Shown piece by piece: positions 53,610 to 62,048 of a DNA stretch of 64,000 nucleotides (the first letter of the stretch is position 1; every line of letters begins with the position of its first letter). The notes below the pieces were generated by a model. That model had not been told where the DNA came from and made no database searches. It saw nothing but the letters and a program-made list of their open reading frames with translations. The position numbers were made by a program, and so were the translations under genes. Source of the stretch: an uncultured Verrucomicrobiae bacterium (GTDB lineage Bacteria; Verrucomicrobiota; Verrucomicrobiia; Limisphaerales; Palsa-1400); the NCBI GenBank assembly GCA_963702845.1, contig OY969763.1, positions 3,360,001 through 3,424,000 of the forward strand. The letters are read 5' to 3'.

Positions 53610-55355
53610 TCACACTTTAGCTGTCGCGACTTCCCTGCTTAGGTCGGTCTCAGTGGGCATCACCAGTTCATGCAATGAAACGCTCTCATTTACTTGCAAG
53701 AGACGGCCCTGCAGGATCGGAACGGCCATTCGTAAGAACAGAGTATAGGCCATAATCCCAAACGCCCAGATGCCTACGCAGACTAATGTTTCGTTCATGC
53801 TCGGCGAATATTCGACGATTTCGCCCAAGGGGGTTGGGATGAATCCAGGCACCACCAGCCCCATGCCTTTTTCGATCCAGATGCCCACAATGGACAGGAC
53901 ACAAGCAACGTCGAGCCATTTCAAGCTCCGACTAATGGGTAGAATCAGCAGAACCATCGCGATCAGGTTAAAGGCAACCGCGGTCCAAATCCACGGCACC
54001 AATGCGTGGTGACCGTCCAGACCGAAGAACAGGTAAGTCGCCGATGAGACATTCTTGGACTTGCTGTAAAACTCCTTAAACACTTCGTTAAGCAACAGGA
54101 AAACGTTAATCAGCATCGCGACCTGGACAATGCTGCGCAAAGTCATCAATGACCGGTCAGTGATCATCAATCGTTCCGACATCCTCGCGTGGACAATCTG
54201 GTTCAGCCGTGGAGTTTTCATCAACTTCCTCAGGCCTTCCGCTGAGACGCACAAGATAGTTGAATGCTCTTCCGCGATGGCCGTGGCCGTCCGCACCGTT
54301 CCGGCAAGAGCAGAGACTTCTCCAAATTGATCTCCCGGACCGGCCGTGCGGATAATTCGATAGCGCCCATTCTCTTCGCGCTTGATGACGACGCGGCCAG
54401 TTAATACGAAGAACGCTTCCTTCTTCATTTGTCCCTGGGTGAGCAAAATATCTCCCACAGATGCTTCCAGGACCGTTGCATCCGCCGCTACTTCCTGCCT
54501 GATCGCCTGGCTGACGCCTTCCATTTCCAACAAATGTTTCGCCAGGTGTTTGAGGTCGTCCAATGTCGCTGGACGGCTGGGTAAAACTTCGTGCGGCGAC
54601 GGCCCATACCGCAACGCCGTTGAGGAGGTGACTCGCCGCACCACTTGTAGCGCCAAAATGATCAGCGCCGGGCCAGCCGTAAACGCCGACGCCAAAAAGC
54701 GTGGACCGACTATCGCCGAGTTCCAAAAATGTCTTCCACCCAACCCGACATACAGAAAGGCGGTTACGGTATGAATCGAAATCGCCCAAACAATTGCGAT
54801 AAATACGAATGGAATGTAAAACCACTTTGATGGCTTCCGATTGCGATACCGACAATAGAGCAGATACCCGCAGATATAGACGTTAAGAAACAAGTAGCCG
54901 TTGAGAACGACGACGTCCCAGCTCAACATCGAGTGAGGGAAATTGAATTGTCCAATGCCAGGGATGAGGTGCCAGAAGCGGTCGGGTCGGCCAAGGTCAA
55001 CCGTCACAAACGCCAGGCACATCAGAATCGCAGCCACCGCCAACAACTCGCCGAAAATGACAAGATCATGCAGGTCCTCATTGCTGTATATATAGACAGG
55101 GATGACCAACATGGCAGCCGCAGCCGCAACGCCAACGATAAATGTGAAGTTGGAGATATAGACGCCCCAGGACACCTGGTCGCTCATGTTCGTTGTAATC
55201 AATCCATGCACGAACTGTTTGCAGTAGGCATTTAACCCCACCATGCAGAGGATAAATAAAACGCCCAGCCAAAGGTAGTAACGCCAGTCACCGACAAATG
55301 CCACCCTCGCACAGCGGTACAAAAACCGCAGATAATTTTTTGCAGCAGTAATCAT
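53610..55355 (-). CDS. NrfD/PsrC/DsrP-family membrane subunit with inserted cNMP-binding domain
   Basis: SWGVYISNF, VDLGRPDRF, SMLSWD, IHTVTAF, WIEKG motifs; insert with GDILLTQG...GRV...FGEVSAL...RTATA. Confidence 0.9.
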   Translation of the reverse strand: MITAAKNYLRFLYRCARVAFVGDWRYYLWLGVLFILCMVGLNAYCKQFVHGLITTNMSDQVSWGVYISNFTFIVGVAAAAAMLVIPVYIYSNEDLHDLVIFGELLAVAAILMCLAFVTVDLGRPDRFWHLIPGIGQFNFPHSMLSWDVVVLNGYLFLNVYICGYLLYCRYRNRKPSKWFYIPFVFIAIVWAISIHTVTAFLYVGLGGRHFWNSAIVGPRFLASAFTAGPALIILALQVVRRVTSSTALRYGPSPHEVLPSRPATLDDLKHLAKHLLEMEGVSQAIRQEVAADATVLEASVGDILLTQGQMKKEAFFVLTGRVVIKREENGRYRIIRTAGPGDQFGEVSALAGTVRTATAIAEEHSTILCVSAEGLRKLMKTPRLNQIVHARMSERLMITDRSLMTLRSIVQVAMLINVFLLLNEVFKEFYSKSKNVSSATYLFFGLDGHHALVPWIWTAVAFNLIAMVLLILPISRSLKWLDVACVLSIVGIWIEKGMGLVVPGFIPTPLGEIVEYSPSMNETLVCVGIWAFGIMAYTLFLRMAVPILQGRLLQVNESVSLHELVMPTETDLSREVATAKV

Positions 55356-56314
55356 ACGTCAAAGTAGTAATAAAATCGTGGGTTGTTCCCGACTTCCTCT
55401 TTCAATTGAATAAACACGCGCTTCTCCCGAAGGATGTGATAAACCTCGCTATTCGGATCGAGCACGTTGCCAAATTTTCGAGCGCCCGCCGGGCAGACGT
55501 CGTGGCACGCGGGCATCTTTCCGGCGCGCGTCCGTTGAATGCACCAGTGGCACTTTTCCATCACGCCTTGTCGGCGCGGACGATTACCAAGATAGGACAT
55601 GTTCGGGTTAAGCCGCTCTTTCGGCACTTCCGGTTTCGTCCAATTGAAGCGACGCGCAAAGTAGGGGCACGCGGCTTCGCAGTAGCGGCAGCCAATGCAC
55701 CAATCGTAATCGATTACAGTAATTCCATCCGATTCCGTCCACGTCGCTTTGACAGGACAAACCTGGCTGCAAGCAGAGTTGCGGCATTGCTGGCATGCCA
55801 CGGGCATGTAGAAGAAGCCTTTTTCCGGCACTTGCGCCGTATCATAATTGTGTTGGCCCTCTTCCGGATTGAGCGAGCCATGCGGCATCTTCAACACGCG
55901 GATGTATTGCATCTCGGGATTGCGTGACAAATTATTTTCCTGGGCGCAGGCGTGAACGCATTTACGACAACCGATGCAACGCGTCAGGTTCAGGCAATAG
56001 ACAAACTCCACCCCGTCCATCGGCTTGTAATCCTTCACATGGGGACGGATGCCGTATTGTTTCTCGACTTCTTTCTCGATGCGCTTTAGCACCAGGCCCA
56101 TTTCGTCCGGCGTCATCTCGCGATAATGCTTTTGGAAAAACTTTTCCATGGACGTGTAATCCGTCAGGTCACGCAACGGCTCTAGCGCGGCCGCCATTGC
56201 CGCCACGCCGGCAATTGCCACGGCTGACGTGCGCAGGAAACTGCGACGATCAACCCGTTGTCCGCCTGAAGAACATCCACCCGAACTCGAATCGGTTTTG
56301 CAATTGCAGCTCAT
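55352..56314 (-). CDS. Tat-exported 4Fe-4S dicluster protein (NrfC/DsrO-like)
   Basis: DRRSFLR Tat motif; CIGCRKCVHAC, CQQC...CSQVCP, CIGCRYCEAACP, EKCHWC...PACHDVCP; ATGA overlap. Confidence 0.92.
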   Translation of the reverse strand: MSCNCKTDSSSGGCSSGGQRVDRRSFLRTSAVAIAGVAAMAAALEPLRDLTDYTSMEKFFQKHYREMTPDEMGLVLKRIEKEVEKQYGIRPHVKDYKPMDGVEFVYCLNLTRCIGCRKCVHACAQENNLSRNPEMQYIRVLKMPHGSLNPEEGQHNYDTAQVPEKGFFYMPVACQQCRNSACSQVCPVKATWTESDGITVIDYDWCIGCRYCEAACPYFARRFNWTKPEVPKERLNPNMSYLGNRPRRQGVMEKCHWCIQRTRAGKMPACHDVCPAGARKFGNVLDPNSEVYHILREKRVFIQLKEEVGNNPRFYYYFDV

Positions 56315-57012
56315 GAGTAAAATTCCTGTAGTGAGGTTACAGCTTTGGTCGTTGAAACTTCTTTGGAAGCAGGTTCCTTCGAACCTTGCGCTTTGCGCGT
56401 CTCTGGCTGTGGATGCAACAAGTGCGGCCCCGGCGCGGGTTTGCGTCCGGGAAATTTCGGATGATGCGGATCGTGGCAAGCCGTGCAAACCTCGCGCTTC
56501 ATTTCGCCGAGTTGCGTATTCCAGTAGCCACTGGTCCGGCCATGCATACCAGCTTCCCAATCGCGATAAGTCGGTCCGTGGCAGCTGCCGCACAACGCTG
56601 GACTATTGGTAATACTAATCTCGCGGCCGTCACGTGCCTGCAGCGTGTCCAGCTTCGATTCGTTGTGACAATTGAAACAATTATTATTTCGATCGTGCGT
56701 GCCGTGTCCCATCACAATGTCTTTATGTTCGACCGGCACTACGATCTTCCCTTCCTTATCGAATTGGATTTTCGGCGGTTTGGCTTTGTCGTGACAGGCG
56801 TAACAGTCAAAGTCGGAAAGGTCGGCTCCAGTGCGGTAAAGAAATTCTGCCGGAACACGCGCGGTCGCGGTGCTCAGAAAGTTCGTGTCAACCAGATCGA
56901 TATGCGGGAGCACTGGCGCCTTGCCCCAGAGGTTCAACAGGAACGATCCCGCAAGGCCGAATAGGGCAATTGTCAGTCCGGTCAATACTGCGTTAGTTTT
57001 CGAACTTTTCAT
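56311..57012 (-). CDS. Membrane-anchored tetraheme cytochrome c
   Basis: N-terminal TM; CYACH, CFNCH, CGSCH, CTACH. Confidence 0.88.
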   Translation of the reverse strand: MKSSKTNAVLTGLTIALFGLAGSFLLNLWGKAPVLPHIDLVDTNFLSTATARVPAEFLYRTGADLSDFDCYACHDKAKPPKIQFDKEGKIVVPVEHKDIVMGHGTHDRNNNCFNCHNESKLDTLQARDGREISITNSPALCGSCHGPTYRDWEAGMHGRTSGYWNTQLGEMKREVCTACHDPHHPKFPGRKPAPGPHLLHPQPETRKAQGSKEPASKEVSTTKAVTSLQEFYS

Positions 57013-57104
57013 TTGCTGGTAGTAATTTGCTCGTTTGACACCAATTTTGACTCAACTTTACTTGTCAGAGGTTTCGCATTTTTTGCTTAGTAGTCCCCAC
57101 CCGT

Positions 57105-58577
57105 TCACAGACCGCCGTTGTGACAATCCGTGCAGAGATACGCCGGGTCATATTCCTCTTCAGGATGTTTGAATTTCTGCCCGAGGCTGAGCTGTTCCAA
57201 TTCCTTGCCCTTTCCTTGCGCGATAATTGTGTGACATGCATCACAGTCGTTGGACTTTATGCTCAGCGTACGGTCGCTCGTTGTGTGTTTGCCGTCATGA
57301 CAACGGAAGCAGCCCAGCCAATCCTTATGCCCGATGTTATCCGGATAGGCTCGCCAGCTGGCTTTCATTTCCGGGAAAAAATTGTCACTGTAAATCCGTT
57401 GTACGGTGTCGATGGCCGTGCGCACGCGCGGCTCATCACCAAATTTGTTCAATAGTGTGGTCGCGATTCCTTGCATCGCCTCGGCGTCGTCTTTATAGGG
57501 CTTTACCAATACCCCGATGGCGTTCGTTTTTATAAAAGGCAACGCGCGATCAATTTTTCCAAGCGAGAGAGCCATGTTGACTGCATTCTCAGGAGTCTCG
57601 TAACGGTGCGCCGGTCGATTGTGGCAATCCATACAATCCATTCTCCGGACCGCAAACTGGGTCAAATCATTGGTATATTTTGAATCGCGGAATTCGCGCA
57701 CCACGCCTTGCGGATCGGTCATGCGGACCCATGGAATTTTCTGCCGCGCATCGTCCACCGCGGTGTACTCAATCTTGTTGCCAACATTCATGTGCCAATG
57801 AATTCCTCCCACCGGCCCATGTGTTGCATCGCCACCACCAACCTTCAGCAACATGCGAATCGAAAACGGCGAATTGTCTTTGTCGGTTAAGAAATAATTA
57901 AAGGTTCGCTCAACATTGCCGACAAATTTTTTTGGCCAGTGACATTCTTCGCATGTCTCTTGAGCCGGGCGCAGATTCTTCACCGGCGTCGGAATGGGCG
58001 TCGGATACTTTTTTGCGAGAGTCGCGTAAACCTGGTAGCTGCCGGAAAGCTTTGAACGCACATACCACCCTGCCCCTTTGCCGATATGACATTCTGCGCA
58101 CGCGACGCGTGCATGTGGCGAGTGCTGATAGCTGACCATCTCTGGCTTCATCACACCGTGGCAAGCCTGCCCGCAGAATTGCACCGACTCCGTATAGTGA
58201 TAGCTGTGGTAGCTGCCCACCGCCGTCGCCAGCAGAAACGCCACGCTGCCTGTGAGGAAGCCGGCCAACAGCCGCCGATCACGTGGTTTTGATAAATCAA
58301 TGCGTATCGGCGCAGTTCCATCCGTGGACACTACCTTGCGCCGCCACAAGACAGCGCCCACCACAAAAATGACAAACCCGAGCACCAAAAACATTGGCGC
58401 GACGAGGTAAGTAAGAATTCCAACATACGGATTCGAAAAATGCGAAAACGAATCCAGCACAAACAACAGCACAAACGCGAAGACGCTGGCCACCACGATG
58501 GTCAGGCCGCTCAGGCTGATCCAATTGCGAAATAAAGAGGGGCGTTGCGCAGAAGCGGGTGTTGGGATTGCGGACAT
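57105..58577 (-). CDS. ImcH-like NapC/NirT-domain 7-heme membrane cytochrome c
   Basis: 3 N-terminal TM; FCGQACH (CX3CH) plus 6 CxxCH; RSKLSG, LRPAQETC, MDCMDCHNRPAH. Confidence 0.85.
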   Translation of the reverse strand: MSAIPTPASAQRPSLFRNWISLSGLTIVVASVFAFVLLFVLDSFSHFSNPYVGILTYLVAPMFLVLGFVIFVVGAVLWRRKVVSTDGTAPIRIDLSKPRDRRLLAGFLTGSVAFLLATAVGSYHSYHYTESVQFCGQACHGVMKPEMVSYQHSPHARVACAECHIGKGAGWYVRSKLSGSYQVYATLAKKYPTPIPTPVKNLRPAQETCEECHWPKKFVGNVERTFNYFLTDKDNSPFSIRMLLKVGGGDATHGPVGGIHWHMNVGNKIEYTAVDDARQKIPWVRMTDPQGVVREFRDSKYTNDLTQFAVRRMDCMDCHNRPAHRYETPENAVNMALSLGKIDRALPFIKTNAIGVLVKPYKDDAEAMQGIATTLLNKFGDEPRVRTAIDTVQRIYSDNFFPEMKASWRAYPDNIGHKDWLGCFRCHDGKHTTSDRTLSIKSNDCDACHTIIAQGKGKELEQLSLGQKFKHPEEEYDPAYLCTDCHNGGL

Positions 58578-58627
58578 ATTGATTTGTTCCAATTTGAAAA
58601 TCTGATGACAACGCCCTTTGCACCCTT

Positions 58628-58656
58628 ATCCCCTCTCCTCAAATGAGGAGAGGGAT
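58628..58656. repeat. Hairpin/palindrome, possible terminator or mRNA-stabilising element
   Basis: CCCTCTCCTCA-AA-TGAGGAGAGGG between the monoheme and ImcH-like genes. Confidence 0.55.
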
Positions 58657-58673
58657 TAATTCACGGACGATTA

Positions 58674-59006
58674 TTACTTCTTGAAACTGCGCATTTTGGC
58701 CACGAGCGCTTTGATTTGATCGTCGCTCAGACCGTCAGCCGGTTTCATCAGCGTCTTGCCGTCCTTGTCTTTCAATCCTTCCTTCACGGCTTTGACCGCT
58801 TCATCGTCCTTCACTTCTCCTTGAACCTTGGCGTCGGTGTAATCCTTCGCGCCAAGTTTCTTGCCCATCTTTGTGTCGCCTTTGCCATCGGGTCCATGGC
58901 ACTTGGCGCATTGTTTGTCATAGTTGGCCTGGGTATCGTCGGCACGCACGCTGATCAGGCCGAGTGCCGAGAGTGCAATTCCCAGTATCAACAGGTTCTT
59001 TTTCAT
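58674..59006 (-). CDS. Periplasmic monoheme cytochrome c
   Basis: Signal peptide; CAKCH; distal Met in LMKP. Confidence 0.92.
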   Translation of the reverse strand: MKKNLLILGIALSALGLISVRADDTQANYDKQCAKCHGPDGKGDTKMGKKLGAKDYTDAKVQGEVKDDEAVKAVKEGLKDKDGKTLMKPADGLSDDQIKALVAKMRSFKK

Positions 59007-59117
59007 GTTTTTCTCCTGAGCTTATGTTTTCATCCCGGCGCCAAGCTCTAGCTCGTCGGGCGATTTCCTGCGGGAAATCGTTGCCGGCCGGGACCCGATC
59101 CAAGACCGGCACCGAAA

Positions 59118-59447
59118 TTACTTCTTGAACGAACGAATCTTGGCGACGAGTGCTTTTGCATCCTCATCAGTGGCGGCTTCCAGGGGTTTCATGCGGACTT
59201 TTTCACCTTCTTTCACCCCTTCCTTAATGGCGGCGATCGCCTTCTCGTCTGTGAATGTGGCTTGATACTTCGCATCGGTGAAATCCTTCACGCCGATCTT
59301 TTCACCCATCTTTGTTTTGCCTACGCCGTCAGGGCCGTGACATTTGGCGCAGGTCTTTTCCCAGATTGCATTGGCATCCCCCGCGCAAACAGAGGCGGTA
59401 ATGGTTCCAAATGCGACGAGTGTCGCAACTAATGTTGATACTTTCAT
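59118..59447 (-). CDS. Periplasmic monoheme cytochrome c (paralog)
   Basis: MKVSTL signal peptide; CAKCHGPDG; RMKP. Confidence 0.92.
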   Translation of the reverse strand: MKVSTLVATLVAFGTITASVCAGDANAIWEKTCAKCHGPDGVGKTKMGEKIGVKDFTDAKYQATFTDEKAIAAIKEGVKEGEKVRMKPLEAATDEDAKALVAKIRSFKK

Positions 59448-59926
59448 ATGTGGTGGTTGATTTGTTGCGGTTGCACATGCCAATACTTTCTGGTCCGCTT
59501 GGCCTTCGTTAGCATTAGCATTGTTAACTTTCACACCATCAGAATGAAGCACAGGCTAATTATGGGCTTCTCGGTAATTGCCAATTAGTTGACGTTTCTT
59601 GCGCCATACCAAACCGCATTTGGTGATGTGCCTTTAGCTGACAGAGGAATGTGCTGTGAATACGACGTAAATCCGGTTTGAAGTGAACTACTGTAGGCAA
59701 AAATTATGTTGTCAAATTCACAATTCCCGCAGGCAAAAAATGCCTGGTCCCGCTTGGCCACCACCAGCTCGCCCGCTCGTTTAAATTATGAAAAGGAAAC
59801 TACCGACGCGTTGGTTTTCAAATTGACTGATGGGCCCAATCACATCCTCGCCACAATCCCGCATTGCATTAGAGGAGGTCAGAGCGCAAAACTGGTCCGT
59901 CACCACCACCAAAACTCAAAACCATT

Positions 59927-60103
59927 ATGGACAAAGTCACACGATACGAATGGCACGGCAGTTGGCTCCTGTTCCTCGTTCTTTGCGTATTCGGTATAAC
60001 AATCCCGTTCGCAATCCTTTACTTCATCACGAACCTTCTCACGATCCAAACACAGGTTGCCGACGGCACCAAACTTTCCGAATTCCTCGAAACACGAGCA
60101 TAA
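59927..60103 (+). CDS. Small membrane protein (58 aa), absent from the ORF track
   Basis: MDKVTRYEWHGSWLLFLVLCVFGITIPFAILYFITNLLTIQTQVADGTKLSEFLETRA*. Confidence 0.6.
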   Translation: MDKVTRYEWHGSWLLFLVLCVFGITIPFAILYFITNLLTIQTQVADGTKLSEFLETRA

Positions 60104-60119
60104 ACTCACTAGCCAGCAA

Positions 60120-61286
60120 CTACCTGGCCACGGGCGCACTCGTGCGCAGAACAGGCACAATGGTGTTGGTGCTCAAGGTAACAGCAGGAACATTATTGCT
60201 CACAACAACCACAGGCGCGACCGCCGCAAGATTCAACACCACGTTCGTATAACTTCGCGTCGAGTGGCATGTGCCCGTGCACGAGCCGCCATTGGGGTTC
60301 TGAATGAAATTGACCTTCAACATCCAGCCGCCCTTGCCGTATGGAACGGCATCGCGAATCTGATGTTTTTGCGATGACGCGTGGACCTCATGACATGCAC
60401 GGCAGGTCCGGCCACGCTCCGCCTTGTTGACGTGAACGAAGTGAAGGTTCTTTGAGCCATTGCGGAACTGCGTCAGGTTGGTCGTCGTCGCGCTGGTGAA
60501 AATCGTTTCCTCGTGGCATTGGAAACATAGCCCATAATTCTTCGCGTCGTATGGCGAATAGAACGTCGCGGGAAAGGCATCCATCAAAATGCTGTAATGG
60601 TCCGAACCATGCGGCTGATGGCACGCCGTGCAATCCTTCGACGCCACCGGTCCGTGCTGTTCCGGATTGTTCGCCAGCACCGTCTTGATGTTCTGCAACA
60701 GCTTACCGACGTGGTTCGTCACGCCGTCTTTGCCATGGCAATCCAGGCAAAGCTCGTAAGCTGGTTTCGCGAGCAAATGTTCGTGCTCCGACGCATGCGG
60801 ATTGTGGCAGTTAAGACATTTCTTGCCCGTGGTTAATGCGTCATGCTTCACCTTCGAATTGAGCGACGCATCTTTAATCGGGTCATGGCAGGTCAAACAA
60901 AGCGCATCGGGCTCATTCACGAGCAATTTTACCTTCATCGAATCGTGCGGGTTATGGCAAAGCGTGCAGTCGGCCTCCATTGGTTTGTGCTTGTACTTTA
61001 GCGTGATAAGCTTCTTGAAATCATCGTGGCACTCGATGCAGCTCGCGCTGATGTTCGTGTTCGACAACGCCCCGGGATTCTTCGGGTCTTTATTGACGTG
61101 ACAACTGCTGCAGTCGTTTTTGTCCGCGTCGTACGCCTGGTGCGACGACGCGCCCTTCACTGCCAATGGCAACAGTAACTTTTTGTCAGGGTGAACCATT
61201 GTTGCGACCGCGAGCGGATTCTTTTCCGCGCGGGCGACAACTGTCGCAGCCATCAAAGCCGCGAGCATCAGTGAAAGGTGTTTCAT
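60120..61286 (-). CDS. Periplasmic 10-heme cytochrome c
   Basis: 9 CxxCH plus CTGTCH; paired CHNPH...LCxxCH repeats. Confidence 0.9.
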   Translation of the reverse strand: MKHLSLMLAALMAATVVARAEKNPLAVATMVHPDKKLLLPLAVKGASSHQAYDADKNDCSSCHVNKDPKNPGALSNTNISASCIECHDDFKKLITLKYKHKPMEADCTLCHNPHDSMKVKLLVNEPDALCLTCHDPIKDASLNSKVKHDALTTGKKCLNCHNPHASEHEHLLAKPAYELCLDCHGKDGVTNHVGKLLQNIKTVLANNPEQHGPVASKDCTACHQPHGSDHYSILMDAFPATFYSPYDAKNYGLCFQCHEETIFTSATTTNLTQFRNGSKNLHFVHVNKAERGRTCRACHEVHASSQKHQIRDAVPYGKGGWMLKVNFIQNPNGGSCTGTCHSTRSYTNVVLNLAAVAPVVVVSNNVPAVTLSTNTIVPVLRTSAPVAR

Positions 61287-61994
61287 TTAGTGTTCCACAG
61301 TTACTTTGGCGTTCTCGATCATCACCGGCCACTTGTAACCGGAACCGAAATCGCGGTTCAGCGTGACTTTGCCCGTCACTAAAATAGTATCGCCAAGTTT
61401 CGCCACGCTTTCGGAAGTAACCATCAAATCATTATTGCCAGTGCCGCCGGTGCCGTCTTTGACGTGAATCCAGTTTTTGCCCAATATTTTACCGTTATAT
61501 TTCGTAACTTTGCCACGCACTGTGACGGTTTTACCTTTGAGACCGTCCTTCTTGGCAAAAATCTCCTCAACCGTGACGCCACCGTCGGCTTTCTTGACCC
61601 CGGTCAAATCGACCTTTGGCGCTTTAGTAATACTCGGATGTCCCGACGGCAATGGTTCATCACTCTTCGCTATCGGCCGCTCAACCCCCTCCGCCGCCGC
61701 GCCGTTCACTGAAACTTTGTCGGTAAAATAAACCGAATCAAAATCGCGGTCCAACGCGCGGCTGTGATAACCCGCCACCGACATTGAATTCACGATCACA
61801 ACGGCGTCACCAACCTCCACCTTAATCGTCGGCGTCGCTGCCCAGACTTTCGCCTTTCCCGTGTCGATCTGTATGTAGGTGTAGGACGCCACATTAGTCG
61901 TTTCGAGCACCTTGCCCGAAATCGTCTCGGCCGCGTTTGCGCAAATACCGGCCACAACCAGGCAACCGGCGATCAATATCATTTTAATTTTCAT
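61287..61994 (-). CDS. Secreted OB-fold protein in the cytochrome operon
   Basis: Signal peptide; GKVLET...YTY, LPSGHP linker, VTVRGKV...GKNWIHVKDG. Confidence 0.75.
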   Translation of the reverse strand: MKIKMILIAGCLVVAGICANAAETISGKVLETTNVASYTYIQIDTGKAKVWAATPTIKVEVGDAVVIVNSMSVAGYHSRALDRDFDSVYFTDKVSVNGAAAEGVERPIAKSDEPLPSGHPSITKAPKVDLTGVKKADGGVTVEEIFAKKDGLKGKTVTVRGKVTKYNGKILGKNWIHVKDGTGGTGNNDLMVTSESVAKLGDTILVTGKVTLNRDFGSGYKWPVMIENAKVTVEH

Positions 61995-62048
61995 AATTTC
62001 ATAGGTTCGGCACGTTGCTTCGCGCGCGCCTCAGTTTCATAATCGCAT

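Noticed and set aside
55352..56593. 413-aa version of the ferredoxin ORF
   Set aside because: The extension overlaps the tetraheme gene; ATG 56314 gives an ATGA overlap and an N-terminal Tat motif
53610..57012. Dissimilatory sulfate reduction (DsrMKJOP) or nitrite ammonification (Nrf)
   Set aside because: No dsrMK, dsrAB or nrfA in the window; family similarity alone does not assign the pathway
59521..59538. Rex or FNR box upstream of the monoheme cytochromes
   Set aside because: Half-site spacing fits neither TTGTGAA-N4-TTCACAA nor TTGAT-N4-ATCAA
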